Below, one piece after another: positions 41,813-51,702 of a stretch of DNA of 64,000 bases (the stretch's first letter is position 1; every line of letters begins with the position of its first letter). Both the position numbers and the translations under genes were made by a program. This DNA is from Candidatus Bathyarchaeota archaeon. Its GTDB lineage: Archaea > Thermoproteota > Bathyarchaeia > Bathyarchaeales > Bathycorpusculaceae. A model generated the notes under the pieces. That model was not told where the DNA came from and did not search any database. It saw only the letters and a program-made list of their open reading frames with translations. The stretch spans positions 34,636-98,635 of the forward strand of contig CAVZKL010000013.1 in the NCBI GenBank assembly GCA_963775895.1, written 5' to 3'.

Positions 41813-42150
41813 ACGAGGTACTGCATAAGTGCGAGTAAAGTTATGGCGAAAACGCCCAGAAGGATTAGAAAGGCGTTCAAGAGTTTTCCTTGTCTTACGC
41901 CCCACCGCGTCAAGGCTGACTTGGCCCCGATCAGAATGTGAATCAGCAGCAAAGTCAAGAGAGGAAAAGCTAGGGCAATATGCAGTTGCAATGAAACGGT
42001 ACGGGTCAAGACGCCGCCAGTCAATTCTCCAACCAGTCTCGGGTTCAGGATACCATATCCAAAGATTATGAAGACTATGAACAAGATTAGTGTCAACCAA
42101 ACTAGCAAACGGTTGAATCTAATCAGGTAGCGATCGCCTTTTTTTCCCAT
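41809..42150 (-). CDS. Three-TM membrane protein with two His residues (cytochrome b-like)
   Basis: LQLHIALA...LLLIHILIG; ATGA-coupled to the Mo-domain gene. Confidence 0.6.
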   Translation of the reverse strand: MGKKGDRYLIRFNRLLVWLTLILFIVFIIFGYGILNPRLVGELTGGVLTRTVSLQLHIALAFPLLTLLLIHILIGAKSALTRWGVRQGKLLNAFLILLGVFAITLLALMQYLV

Positions 42151-42294
42151 TTGGTCTGCTTCCTTCAACCAGTGTTCTGACTCATGCTGAATTAAAATCC
42201 TTTCGCGTGCACGTGGAAAGAAACGAGCGAGTTTTCAGCAGAGACGAGAACTATTCACAAGTGGACTTCTGCAGGAAAAAAGGGGATTGGTTGA

Positions 42295-44226
42295 TTATTC
42301 GCGTTTATTGAAGTAGGCAACCCCTATGGCTATGTCTTTCATGTTGACGACGCCGTCGTTGTTGACGTCCGCGTTGGGGTTCCAGTTGGGCGAGCCGGGT
42401 TTGGTGTTGAAGAGTGCAACCATGTAGGCGATGTCCTTCATGTTCACCACTCCGTCATATACGCCTGGCGTTGAACTCGACACGTCGCCTGGAACGCCGA
42501 CGTGAACTGGAAATGTGCAGGTGAAGTTGTTGTTTGAAGTGTTGGTTTCGCCTGGAACCGTGTCTGCGACGGCGCTCATCGTGTAGTTTCCGTAAGCAAA
42601 ACCTGTGGTATTCCACATCATTCCTTGCGTTGCGCCGTTACCGCTTGTGAGGTTGAAGTTCAGAGTGTTCATGCTCGTCGTGTTCGCGTACGAGGTCACG
42701 TTGAAGTCTTCAGTGAAGTTGCCTTCGTTTTGAACAGTTACTGTCAAGTTCCCGCAGTAGCTTTGACCTATGACGACCTTGGATGATGTTAGGTTGGTCA
42801 CTGCAACATCGTGGACTCCAGTTGGCGAGGTTGCCACAGCGAGTCGTATAAACGCGTGATAGGACGGGTTCGTGCCAGGTATAGTCTGCAGATAATTCTG
42901 CAGTTCATATGCAGTGGACGGGTAGCCAGGTGGTTGCCCAAACGGAAGTTTGGAAAAATCGAAGGGCGAAACTGTGAAGGTGTCCTGCGAAACATATTGC
43001 GCATCATTATGAACTGCAGAGTTGTGTGGATACGCGTGAAAAGCTGGTGAGCGTCCTGGAGCCAAACCGGCTTCGAAGGCGTCCTGATACGGGTCGCTGA
43101 TACCCACTTGGGACGTTGTGCTGTTTGAACCTGCACAGGTTACACAGTGGCCATGGTTCAGGCTTTCCTCAGAAAAGGTGGGCTGGATCCAGCCAGTCGC
43201 GGTTTGCTGCCAGAATTCTAAGCAAAGCACGACGCCTTGACATTTTCCAGTTTCGTTGTCTATCCATGTAAAGGTTGGATATGATTGGTTATGGACCTCA
43301 AACAAACCAGCTACACCTTGCTGTGTTAGGTAGCTTTGGATTCCTGTCTGAATGTCGGTCACTCGTGTTCCCATGTGGCCATCGTGGCTAGTCAAATTGT
43401 CAGTGTCCATCATAATTGCCAGATTCACGACAAGGGGAATAACGTTTTGAGAGTCGTGATCGTCCCAATTACTGTAGTTAGTCACGAGGTTGAAGTGGTC
43501 ACTCTTCGCTGGAGGTGGCACAGGGTTGGCGAAGTTGATTGATTCATACTCCGAGTCAAGCCACCACAAAGAGTTCGCGACAGCCACTGGAGCGCACCAC
43601 GTGTATTGCCCTGGTTTGGTGGTGAATGCGTTTTGGTTTTCGTCGAAGTCTGGCATCCCGCTAGGTGCATAGTCAGGATAGCTCGGCTTGTAATACATTG
43701 GCGATGGCGTCTTCTGTGTGACGACGGCGACGATGTATTGTATGGGGACTATGGGTATATGCCCTGGATCGAAAAGATTGGAAGGTGTCGGATCCAAGCT
43801 TGCGACACCGGCTTGGGCACACACGAACGTGGCGTAGACTAGTTTGATGTTGTCACTTGGTGGAACGCCTGGAGTGTATTCGCCTAAGACCTCTATGACT
43901 CCAGTTGAGTTATTGACGGTGTAGGACATCGTCGTGAATGGCGCGTAGGCTCCTCCACCTCCGCCGCCTCCCCCGCCTAAGCCTTTAACAGCTGAGGGAT
44001 CGAAATGCAAGATGATGTCAAAGAAGGAGACTGGCTGGACAATGGTACTAGTGTTGACGACGACATCAATACTGAATGTTGAGCCCGCCAAGACTGTTAA
44101 TTCTGGAGGATTTACCCATAGAGTAGCGCCTGACTGGCCTTGGCTCGGTCTGATATTCATGAACATTGCCGACGCGATTAGTGATGAGACAAGAAGCATA
44201 GCGACTACTATCTTCGATATTTTCAT
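42295..44226 (-). CDS. Secreted cohesin-like / papain-like Cys peptidase / CARDB / dockerin protein
   Basis: Signal peptide; WCAPVAVANSLWW, GHCVTCAG and ISDPY form a putative Cys-His-Asp triad; dockerin DGVVNMKD x2. Confidence 0.7.
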   Translation of the reverse strand: MKISKIVVAMLLVSSLIASAMFMNIRPSQGQSGATLWVNPPELTVLAGSTFSIDVVVNTSTIVQPVSFFDIILHFDPSAVKGLGGGGGGGGGAYAPFTTMSYTVNNSTGVIEVLGEYTPGVPPSDNIKLVYATFVCAQAGVASLDPTPSNLFDPGHIPIVPIQYIVAVVTQKTPSPMYYKPSYPDYAPSGMPDFDENQNAFTTKPGQYTWCAPVAVANSLWWLDSEYESINFANPVPPPAKSDHFNLVTNYSNWDDHDSQNVIPLVVNLAIMMDTDNLTSHDGHMGTRVTDIQTGIQSYLTQQGVAGLFEVHNQSYPTFTWIDNETGKCQGVVLCLEFWQQTATGWIQPTFSEESLNHGHCVTCAGSNSTTSQVGISDPYQDAFEAGLAPGRSPAFHAYPHNSAVHNDAQYVSQDTFTVSPFDFSKLPFGQPPGYPSTAYELQNYLQTIPGTNPSYHAFIRLAVATSPTGVHDVAVTNLTSSKVVIGQSYCGNLTVTVQNEGNFTEDFNVTSYANTTSMNTLNFNLTSGNGATQGMMWNTTGFAYGNYTMSAVADTVPGETNTSNNNFTCTFPVHVGVPGDVSSSTPGVYDGVVNMKDIAYMVALFNTKPGSPNWNPNADVNNDGVVNMKDIAIGVAYFNKRE

Positions 44227-44460
44227 CTTCCTTTCTCCTCTTCTATAATTCAGCGGCTAATTGTTTCAGTTTCAAAGTTAAAAGATTTTTGGATGCAAGT
44301 TCTATGCCTCTTCATTTGATGCTCCATATTGAAGATTATTCATGCTATCCGACCATTTCTGTAGTGTAAAAATCCAGGATGTAGAATCTGTATTCATGAA
44401 AAAACACGTTTAAGAGCGTGCTAACGGACAGACCTTGTGAGTGATGCGTGAACTGGCACT

Positions 44461-45357
44461 TTGGAGACAGACGCTTTGGTTCTCACAGAGAAAGAGCACA
44501 TCTTCATTATTCTTTTGACGGCAGTTTTGTTCCTTAGTTGTATCATCCCATTCGTGCGAGCCGCCAATCTTCAGAGCACTGACACGATTGAACTCGAAGA
44601 GTTCAGGTGGACCACATTCCCCATCAAGGTGTTAGTGGACATGAATCAGTGGTCTCAGCCAGAGTATGCTGGTGCAGTGCGTGAAGCCTTGGACAGTTGG
44701 GTCAGAAGCATATGGAACTACACCAACACCTACAATGACACGTCGTTGACAAGGATAAACTACGTTTTTTATCTCAGCAATGTTAACGCAACGAGCAATT
44801 ATGATGTTTTCATAAGCTTCACCGCGGACAAGATTCCTCCGGGCACGAGCACTGTTGGGCTGACGACCTATTCGTGGGATCCCATCAATCACCAGCCCAT
44901 TGCACCGATAGACATCAACATAACCACTTTTTCTGGTACGGCCACGACTTTGTTCGTAAAGGATGTTGTGATGCACGAGTTTGGACACGCACTGGGGTTA
45001 GGGCATGCCAGTTCTCAAGACACTTTGAACGGGCCCGAACTCATGTATTACGCCTCATCCAAGAACGAGGTGGTCTATCCCTCAACCCTCGACATGTATG
45101 GACTCACACAGGTCTACGCGGGAAACTACGGGCAGAACGTCGCCTTGCCCTCGAGTATACCGTACGTTGAGCTGACTGAAGGCGACATTCCTCCTCCGCA
45201 GACTTACTCTTTTGGAGATTACACGAAATACACTCCTCTGTTAATCATTCTTTTCCTAGTCATCGTCATTGCGGCTGTGTTAGGCTTGATCACAAGAGAA
45301 ACGAAAACTGAAGAAGCCTTGGAGCCTCCACCCCCACCCGCGCCTGAAGATGTTTGA
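44461..45357 (+). CDS. Membrane-anchored matrixin-like (M10) zinc metalloprotease
   Basis: HEFGHALGLGH, Met-turn ELMYY, signal peptide and C-terminal TM. Confidence 0.88.
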   Translation: METDALVLTEKEHIFIILLTAVLFLSCIIPFVRAANLQSTDTIELEEFRWTTFPIKVLVDMNQWSQPEYAGAVREALDSWVRSIWNYTNTYNDTSLTRINYVFYLSNVNATSNYDVFISFTADKIPPGTSTVGLTTYSWDPINHQPIAPIDINITTFSGTATTLFVKDVVMHEFGHALGLGHASSQDTLNGPELMYYASSKNEVVYPSTLDMYGLTQVYAGNYGQNVALPSSIPYVELTEGDIPPPQTYSFGDYTKYTPLLIILFLVIVIAAVLGLITRETKTEEALEPPPPPAPEDV

Positions 45358-45443
45358 AGCATCTGATCGTGCACTGTTCGATTTTGTTCTTCAACCTTCA
45401 GCGCAGAGTCCATTTCGCTAGGTATCAAAAAAAGGGGAGGAGT

Positions 45444-46130
45444 TCAGTCCGTCTTTGCGAACTGGTCTTTTGTGGCGCCACAGACTGGACAAACCCAAGT
45501 GTCAGGTAGCTCTTCGAAGGGCGTTCCAGGTTTTACTCCCGAATCTGGGTCTCCTTTTTCAGGATCATAGACGTAGCCACATACCGTGCACGTGTACTGT
45601 GCCATTTTTTTACCCTCCATTGTCGCTTCTGTTTTCAAATAGGTTGGAGCCGTACGTGGTGTTGTCCCTCGCTTCACTTCGCTATAGTAAGCGTAGGTCA
45701 TCGGTTCCTCGCCGCTCAGTATTTCGGAATCTATTACTTTGCCCATGAAAAGGGTGTGAGTGCCCGCGTCGACTTCTCCGATGACCGCTGCTTCAATGTA
45801 CGCGATGGAGTTGTCTAAGACTATTCGCGTGCCGGTCTTTCCAATCTTATAGTCGATGCCTTCGAACTTGTCTGAGTTTCTTCCATATCTGAAGCCGAAA
45901 TTGCCTATCAGTCGCAATGGCGCGTTCTTTGAGAGGACCGAGACTGCGAATACGTTAGTCTGTTTAATCAGCTCATGGGTGTAGTTTTGCTTGTTAATGC
46001 ACACTGCTATGGTTATCGGTTCAGAGGTCATCTGAAAAACGGTGTTAGCGATCTGACCGTTGTATTTGTCCTTTCCTGACGTTATGATGTACAAGCCGTA
46101 ACTGATTTTGTGCAACGCTTCGGGGTTCAT
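45444..46130 (-). CDS. Flavin reductase-rubredoxin fusion
   Basis: ISYGLYII...GTHTLFMG and [10 protein letters not shown]...WVCPVCG. Confidence 0.9.
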   Translation of the reverse strand: MNPEALHKISYGLYIITSGKDKYNGQIANTVFQMTSEPITIAVCINKQNYTHELIKQTNVFAVSVLSKNAPLRLIGNFGFRYGRNSDKFEGIDYKIGKTGTRIVLDNSIAYIEAAVIGEVDAGTHTLFMGKVIDSEILSGEEPMTYAYYSEVKRGTTPRTAPTYLKTEATMEGKKMAQYTCTVCGYVYDPEKGDPDSGVKPGTPFEELPDTWVCPVCGATKDQFAKTD

Positions 46131-46362
46131 TCTTCACTCCCAGCTGGCAGTGCTTTCAAGACAAAGTGCGGCTCAACCATTTTTTCTCACGCGTTAGTTA
46201 CATTTCCAACGAGCGAGTTATTTAAAGTCTAACACCCAAAATCTCCGCGACTTTCGATATTTTCTCTGTTCCAACAACCACGTTTCCCTGTCCGGGCAGT
46301 CGTCATGATCATTGTGAAAAAGGGTAAACGGTGCAAAATCCTGTTTGTGTGCTGTTGTGTAA

Positions 46363-46983
46363 CTAACTAGCGACGATGTCTCCGGCGGGTCGGAGGGTTC
46401 CTTTCTTTCCGATTCTCAGTTGTCTTTCGCCTTTGAACGTAGATATGCTACCGTTTTCGATTTGAACGGTGTCTCCCACTGATATCGAGCTTATCTGATC
46501 GTTCCACAAGCAAAGTTTAATCTTGCCGGTCTCGTCTGATATCAGCGCGTTCGCCACCGTGGCATAGTTGCCGAATCTCGTTACGACTATTGTTTTCTCT
46601 CCGATTTCCTGAACTTCAGCTTTCAAATTTACGTTTCTCATTCCGATCTGCAGGTCTTTGATGTGGAACAGCGACAAGCCTCTTTCCTTCTTGATCGAAT
46701 ATCGCGTGACAGTACTGGCTCTTCTTGCATGCTCGATAGGGTTGTTTTCATCCAGAAGGTATTCTGCCGGCAACGGGAACTGGGCGACAACTTTCGTTCC
46801 CTTAGTTATGAGCAGAATTATCTTGTCCTTTTTTATATCGCGGCACTCGATTTTTAGATCTCCGCAGCAGGATGTGTGCCTTTTTCCAGCTGTAACGAGT
46901 GCATTAAAAAACGCCTCAGCATCGACTTCATATTTAACGGAAAGAAGAGCTAGGTATTCACTGGGCGACGTTTTGTTCCGCAC
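46363..46983 (-). CDS. OB-fold ssDNA/RNA-binding protein with N-terminal extension
   Basis: IKDLQIG..NVNLKAEV...ISDETGKIKLCLWN...GDTVQIENG...QLRIG (crenarchaeal SSB-like). Confidence 0.8.
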   Translation of the reverse strand: MRNKTSPSEYLALLSVKYEVDAEAFFNALVTAGKRHTSCCGDLKIECRDIKKDKIILLITKGTKVVAQFPLPAEYLLDENNPIEHARRASTVTRYSIKKERGLSLFHIKDLQIGMRNVNLKAEVQEIGEKTIVVTRFGNYATVANALISDETGKIKLCLWNDQISSISVGDTVQIENGSISTFKGERQLRIGKKGTLRPAGDIVAS

Positions 46984-47089
46984 TGTATCTCCACCTTCTC
47001 GTCGACGCTGTCTCCATTTTCAAGACGCCTCTGCGGGTTTCTCTTTCCTTTCCGAGCGTTGCCAACAAATTCTGCCGATTTTATGTGAC

Positions 47090-47233
47090 TCACTTTACGA
47101 ACTTGGTTGGATGTCTCTTGAACCGTTTCTTGCAAGGCACGCTGCAGAAATGATAGGTTTCACCGTTGAAAGTTATCTTGAACTTAGACGTCTTCTCGTC
47201 CAGAACCACACCACACACAGGATCTTTGGGCAT
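47090..47233 (-). CDS. YHS-domain small protein, 47 aa (not in ORF track)
   Basis: MPKDPVCGVVLDEKTSKFKITFNGETYHFCSVPCKKRFKRHPTKFVK. Confidence 0.85.
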   Translation of the reverse strand: MPKDPVCGVVLDEKTSKFKITFNGETYHFCSVPCKKRFKRHPTKFVK

Positions 47234-47335
47234 TATTTTTTTCTTAACCTCATGGAAAAGTGTGCATCGTGCTTATTATCACTAACGGTAAAAAAAAGAA
47301 AAAATTCGGGAAACAAATCAAGTTAAACTGTAAGC

Positions 47336-47473
47336 TTAATACCTTCGCGGAGGTCTTCGCTTAGCGTAACACTCGCGGCAGTATACTGGCCTGCTACCGT
47401 CGGGTTTGAAGGGAACTTCACATTCCTTTCCACAGTCAGCGCAAACTGCCTTGTGAGTCTCTTTCTTATACAT
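47336..47473 (-). CDS. CxxC-x17-CxxC domain protein, 45 aa (not in ORF track)
   Basis: MYKKETHKAVCADCGKECEVPFKPDGSRPVYCRECYAKRRPPRRY. Confidence 0.88.
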   Translation of the reverse strand: MYKKETHKAVCADCGKECEVPFKPDGSRPVYCRECYAKRRPPRRY

Positions 47474-47647
47474 CTACTATTTCAACTCCTATACTGTTGA
47501 GTGCAAAAAATTGGTTTCTTGCACGCTCTCCCTAAGCTTCACCGCCAATTTAAACTTATTCATTCATAATCTGCGGTTTCACGAGAGTTTGCAGAATGAA
47601 AAAAAGTGGGTATGTAGATCTCACATGTTTTCCAAAAAAAGTGAGGT

Positions 47648-48757
47648 TTACTCCAGTTGCTTTATCTCGGTCTTGGTTAGTGCACGTATGTTGTTAAAGT
47701 CGCTTAGTTCTCCGTAGCCAACGAGGGTTATTGCGGTTCCTTCGCCCCCCATCCTCGCAGTTCTGCCGATTCGATGGAAATAGACCAAAGCTTCCATGGG
47801 AACGTCGTAGTTGATTATGTGAGTTATGCTCTGAATGTCTAAGCCTCTTGCAGCAACGTCCGTTGCGACGAGAAGCTTCAGGCGTTCTCTCCTCACGAGG
47901 TCAACAACATAGTCTCTTTGAGGCTGAGTGAGCCCAGCATGTAACGGTTTCGCGTCGAAGCCTCTGTCGCGTAGTTTTTCAGACAAGATGCTTGTGTCTG
48001 TACGAGTCCTGCAGAAGATGATCGCTTGGCCAATGTGGTTTTCGTTTAGAATGTTGCATAGGACTTCAAACTTGTCATGAGGGTTGACGACCATGTAGTA
48101 CTGAGTCATCTGTGTAAGAGCGATTTCGTCTTTGCTAACCAGTATCTTCTGAGGATTCTTCATGTACCTGTTGCACAGTCTCATCACTGTCTGATCTATC
48201 GTCGCTGAAAAGAGGCTGGTCTGCCTATTCGATGGCACTCGACTAAGTATGTATTCAATGTCTTCTATGAATCCCATGTCAAGCATTCTATCGGCTTCAT
48301 CCAAAACAACGGTCTTCACGGATGACAGATCAAGAATTCGCCTATCAAGCAAGTCGATCAGGCGTCCCGGTGTTCCAACAACTATGTGAACACCTCTAGC
48401 CAATGCGTGAATCTGCCGCTGAATGGGTTCTCCTCCATAGACCGGGATTACCTTGAGCTTCGCGTATTTCCCTATGTGATCTATGTGTTCTGCAACTTGC
48501 ACTGCGAGTTCGCGGGTCGGTACCAAGACCAATCCTTGAACACCATGAACTTCACGGTTCAACCGTTCGATCATCGGAATTCCGAAGGCCGCGGTTTTAC
48601 CTGTTCCGGTCTGCGCTTGACCGATAACATCTTTACCTTCAAGCAGGGGCGTTATGGCTTGAGCTTGAATCGGAAAAAGATCGTTGAACCCAAGCTCTTC
48701 GATACCTCTCATAACATCCATGCTTAAGGGTAAGTCCTTAAAACTCTGTATTTGCAT
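47648..48757 (-). CDS. DEAD-box RNA helicase (core only)
   Basis: Q motif, AQTGTGKT, PTRELA, TPGR, DEAD, SAT, ARGLD and HRIGRTAR. Confidence 0.95.
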   Translation of the reverse strand: MQIQSFKDLPLSMDVMRGIEELGFNDLFPIQAQAITPLLEGKDVIGQAQTGTGKTAAFGIPMIERLNREVHGVQGLVLVPTRELAVQVAEHIDHIGKYAKLKVIPVYGGEPIQRQIHALARGVHIVVGTPGRLIDLLDRRILDLSSVKTVVLDEADRMLDMGFIEDIEYILSRVPSNRQTSLFSATIDQTVMRLCNRYMKNPQKILVSKDEIALTQMTQYYMVVNPHDKFEVLCNILNENHIGQAIIFCRTRTDTSILSEKLRDRGFDAKPLHAGLTQPQRDYVVDLVRRERLKLLVATDVAARGLDIQSITHIINYDVPMEALVYFHRIGRTARMGGEGTAITLVGYGELSDFNNIRALTKTEIKQLE

Positions 48758-49048
48758 ATTCTTCTATTCCTCCTGCCACAAAAATTCTGAATGCATTCTC
48801 CTAAAGCTTTCAAAAGCTTCGTTAATTACATGAATTAATGTGACTGTTACGCTAAACATTGATCCCTTATAAAAAGGTTTACCACATCAATCGAGAATCG
48901 AACCGCCGCCGGTGCGACATTTTCTTGGTTTGCCCAGTCTTGGCATCAACAGTTCTCCGGAGGAAGCCCTTTGGGAGTTCTATCAAGATACAGTATGGCT
49001 TTTTGCGGGCAGCCCGGCCGCTCCCGTCCCATTCTACGGAGCGCGCGC

Positions 49049-49735
49049 CTAGCTAGTATCTTGTTTCAGAGAACCGTAGAATTCTTTGATGCGACTGGAC
49101 GCGTTGGGTTTCAGAGGCTCTCCATGACCACTCAACATTATGTCGAAGTCCATCTCAGAGATTTTCTTGATTGACTGCGTAGCTTGTCGCATGTCTGGTG
49201 TGAATCGCTCAGGCGGACCACTGACTTTTCCTCCGGTAAATCTGATTGCATCACCAACAAAAAGCACTCTTTTTACTGGATCGTACAGAGAAATGCTTCC
49301 TGGTGTGTGTCCGGGCGTGTGGACAACGACGAGTCGACCGACCTTATCGTTCTCTTTCAGCATTATGTCTGGTTGAACTGGTGTGAACTTGACGAACCTT
49401 GAAAACGCCCTGAATAGAAGCCCAGTGGCGCCTTTGGGACCTGGCTGGGTTTTCTTCTTAGTGACATAATCCGCATCCTCTTGATGAACCGCAACCTTTG
49501 CATCCGTGAGCTTTCTGAGTTGGTAGGCGCTTCCAACATGGTCTATGTGGCAGTGGGTTAGCAAGATTGTTGAGATTTTGGAAGGCTGCCAGTTCATTTT
49601 GTTAACGTACTTCAGGATCTTTTCGGCGTTGTTGGGCATTCCTGTGTCGATTACCATCAACTCTTCGCCCTCTATCACGAGGTAGACGTTTGCATTCACG
49701 CCGTCAACTTGATGTATGCCTTCGACGATTTCCAT
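49049..49735 (-). CDS. MBL-fold metallo-hydrolase
   Basis: THCHIDHVG, HTPGHTPGS, GDA and GHG. Confidence 0.9.
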   Translation of the reverse strand: MEIVEGIHQVDGVNANVYLVIEGEELMVIDTGMPNNAEKILKYVNKMNWQPSKISTILLTHCHIDHVGSAYQLRKLTDAKVAVHQEDADYVTKKKTQPGPKGATGLLFRAFSRFVKFTPVQPDIMLKENDKVGRLVVVHTPGHTPGSISLYDPVKRVLFVGDAIRFTGGKVSGPPERFTPDMRQATQSIKKISEMDFDIMLSGHGEPLKPNASSRIKEFYGSLKQDTS

Positions 49736-49851
49736 TCGAATCTCAACCTTCCTAACAAGACTGAGCTCTGGAATGGACAACTATAAAAGAGTACGTGCTA
49801 CACAAGGCAACGAAAGTACCTGTACGCGTTCTAGTTTGAACTGGATGCGTC

Positions 49852-50325
49852 TCAGTTTCTTTTCATGTATTCGACGGTTTTCGTGTACAGTTTTTCGAAA
49901 TGTTCTCCGAACGTCTTGTCTCCTCTCTCCTTCCTCAGAGCAAGTATCCAAGGCTCCAGTTTTTTCCAGTTTGAGATTATGTAGGCGCCTAAGCGGTCAA
50001 CAATCACGTCAATATCGACGAACTTTTTGCTTACCAGAAAGCCAACCTCTTCGAAGAAGGCTTCGACTTGGTAAGGATAATCGCGCACTTCCAAGTTCTC
50101 TTCAACTTCAGCCTTGTACTTTTCGAAATCCTCAAACTGGAACTCCTTTTCAACCCATCTGAAGGCTTTTCGGAGACTGTCCGTCTCTGCCCATTCGAAC
50201 AGTTTCATCGAAATCTCAAGGTCTCTGTGCTTGTCCATGTGCCAAAGTTGAAGAATAATGAACACCGTTGCCGCGATGCCTGCCACAGCTGAAAGAACAG
50301 CCGTCCACTCGACAAGAGTCACCAC
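49852..50325 (-). CDS. DUF4760-like protein with N-terminal TM
   Basis: TM helix, then FFEEVGFLV...W..L.PWI...R...FEKL. Confidence 0.6.
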   Translation of the reverse strand: MVTLVEWTAVLSAVAGIAATVFIILQLWHMDKHRDLEISMKLFEWAETDSLRKAFRWVEKEFQFEDFEKYKAEVEENLEVRDYPYQVEAFFEEVGFLVSKKFVDIDVIVDRLGAYIISNWKKLEPWILALRKERGDKTFGEHFEKLYTKTVEYMKRN

Positions 50326-50439
50326 GTCTATCGCCTGTTAGTCTGCTACATGATAAGACATTACTATATTAGAATTCGGACAGAAGGCGAACAACCCCGT
50401 TGCTTCAAATCTTGTGCATGCGATTGATCAGGCTAGAAT

Positions 50440-50802
50440 CTATGCTTCTTGCCTTGAGCCTTTCCGGACCTCATCGAGTGTCTGTTTTGCTTTGGGCGCT
50501 TGTTCATGGAGTTTGGCAAGTTTTTCGCATTTGTAGTCTTCACAATAGGCGCAGTTTTGCACCTTCCTTCCTTGCCCGCACTTTCTTATTTCGCATATTC
50601 CGGTATAATTGAAGACGCGTGTTCCTGTCGTGAGACAACCGTCGCAGTTAATGTCTTCCGGCTTGAACGGGTGGCCGTACTCTTTTGTCCAGAGCTCTGC
50701 TACTCTTCTTCTTTCGGCATCGTCATTCATCTTGGTAGCTTTGAAAGTTGGACAATCAGAACACGTTATTCCACAGTAGGCTACGATTTTTTCCATCTGC
50801 AT
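50440..50802 (-). CDS. DUF3795-family Cys-rich protein
   Basis: AYCGITCSDCP...CDGC...CEIRKC...NCAYCEDYKC. Confidence 0.8.
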   Translation of the reverse strand: MQMEKIVAYCGITCSDCPTFKATKMNDDAERRRVAELWTKEYGHPFKPEDINCDGCLTTGTRVFNYTGICEIRKCGQGRKVQNCAYCEDYKCEKLAKLHEQAPKAKQTLDEVRKGSRQEA

Positions 50803-50981
50803 TCCTCATGCCAGAACATGTGCTTGGCGCATCTAATATTTGTACCGTTATTGACAGTTCACAACGAAGCAGGAAGTGTATAATTTCCTACGCACGACTA
50901 GTGTCTGGCACTGAAATGCTTAATACGCGCACCAGTCCAACGTAATAATACAAGTTAAGAACAAAGGAGAAAGATTCAACA

Positions 50982-51683
50982 TTGTCATCTGGAAAAGAAA
51001 ACAAAAAAGAACCACCTGCTGACAAAATGAAGATTAAGGTAAGTAAGAATGGTCCCTATCTTGTTTCTGGCGGAATCCCACTGTCTGAGCAGATAATCGG
51101 TATTGGTCCTGATGGAAATCCGAGTGAGTGGCGTGTTGGAAAGAAATATCCATCACAGGAGAATTGTGCTCTTTGTCGTTGTGGACAATCCAGTCGGAAA
51201 CCGTTCTGCGATGGAACACACTTGAAGGTCGGTTTTGATGGCACTGAGTCAGCTAGTCGAGAACCGTACCTAAGTCAAACTCAAGAATTCAACGGTCCAA
51301 CTGTGAAATTGCTCGATGCTCAAGCGTTGTGTGCATCTGCACGTTTCTGCCATAGGGCCGGGGAAATCTGGAATCTCGTCCCCAAATCAGATAATTCCGA
51401 AGCCAAGAAAATCGCTATCGAAGAGGCCTGTGATTGCCCATCTGGTCGACTAGTCGTTTGCGATAAGAAGACTGGAAAAATGATTGAACCTGAGCTTGAA
51501 AAGTCAATCGGGTTGATCGAAGATCCGCAAATAGCGGTCAGCGGGCCAATCTGGGTACGCGGGAGGATCCAAGTCGAATCAGCTGACGGCAAGACTTATG
51601 AAGTTCGCAACCGAGTTACTCTCTGCCGTTGCGGAAAATCATCGAACAAACCTTTCTGCGACAGCAGCCATTACCCTGAATGA
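50982..51683 (+). CDS. CDGSH iron-sulfur domain protein (two CDGSH motifs plus central Fe-S domain)
   Basis: LCRCGQS..KPFCDGTH, CASARFC...CPSG and LCRCGKS..KPFCDSSH. Confidence 0.9.
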   Translation: MSSGKENKKEPPADKMKIKVSKNGPYLVSGGIPLSEQIIGIGPDGNPSEWRVGKKYPSQENCALCRCGQSSRKPFCDGTHLKVGFDGTESASREPYLSQTQEFNGPTVKLLDAQALCASARFCHRAGEIWNLVPKSDNSEAKKIAIEEACDCPSGRLVVCDKKTGKMIEPELEKSIGLIEDPQIAVSGPIWVRGRIQVESADGKTYEVRNRVTLCRCGKSSNKPFCDSSHYPE

Positions 51684-51702
51684 TATGAACTAGGAAGGAT
51701 GT

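Noticed and set aside
41813-42100. N-terminal 96 aa of the 532-aa ORF
   Set aside because: This stretch overlaps the membrane-protein gene in another frame. The ATGA-coupled start at 41812 followed by a hydrophobic signal is more plausible.
46658-47326. 222-aa plus-strand ORF
   Set aside because: It is antisense to the OB-fold and YHS genes and its composition is not protein-like.
48880-49048. GC-rich intergenic stretch with a small stem (GCTCC..GGAGC) as a possible ncRNA or gene remnant
   Set aside because: It has only one short imperfect hairpin and no recognisable family or protein motif, so support is insufficient.
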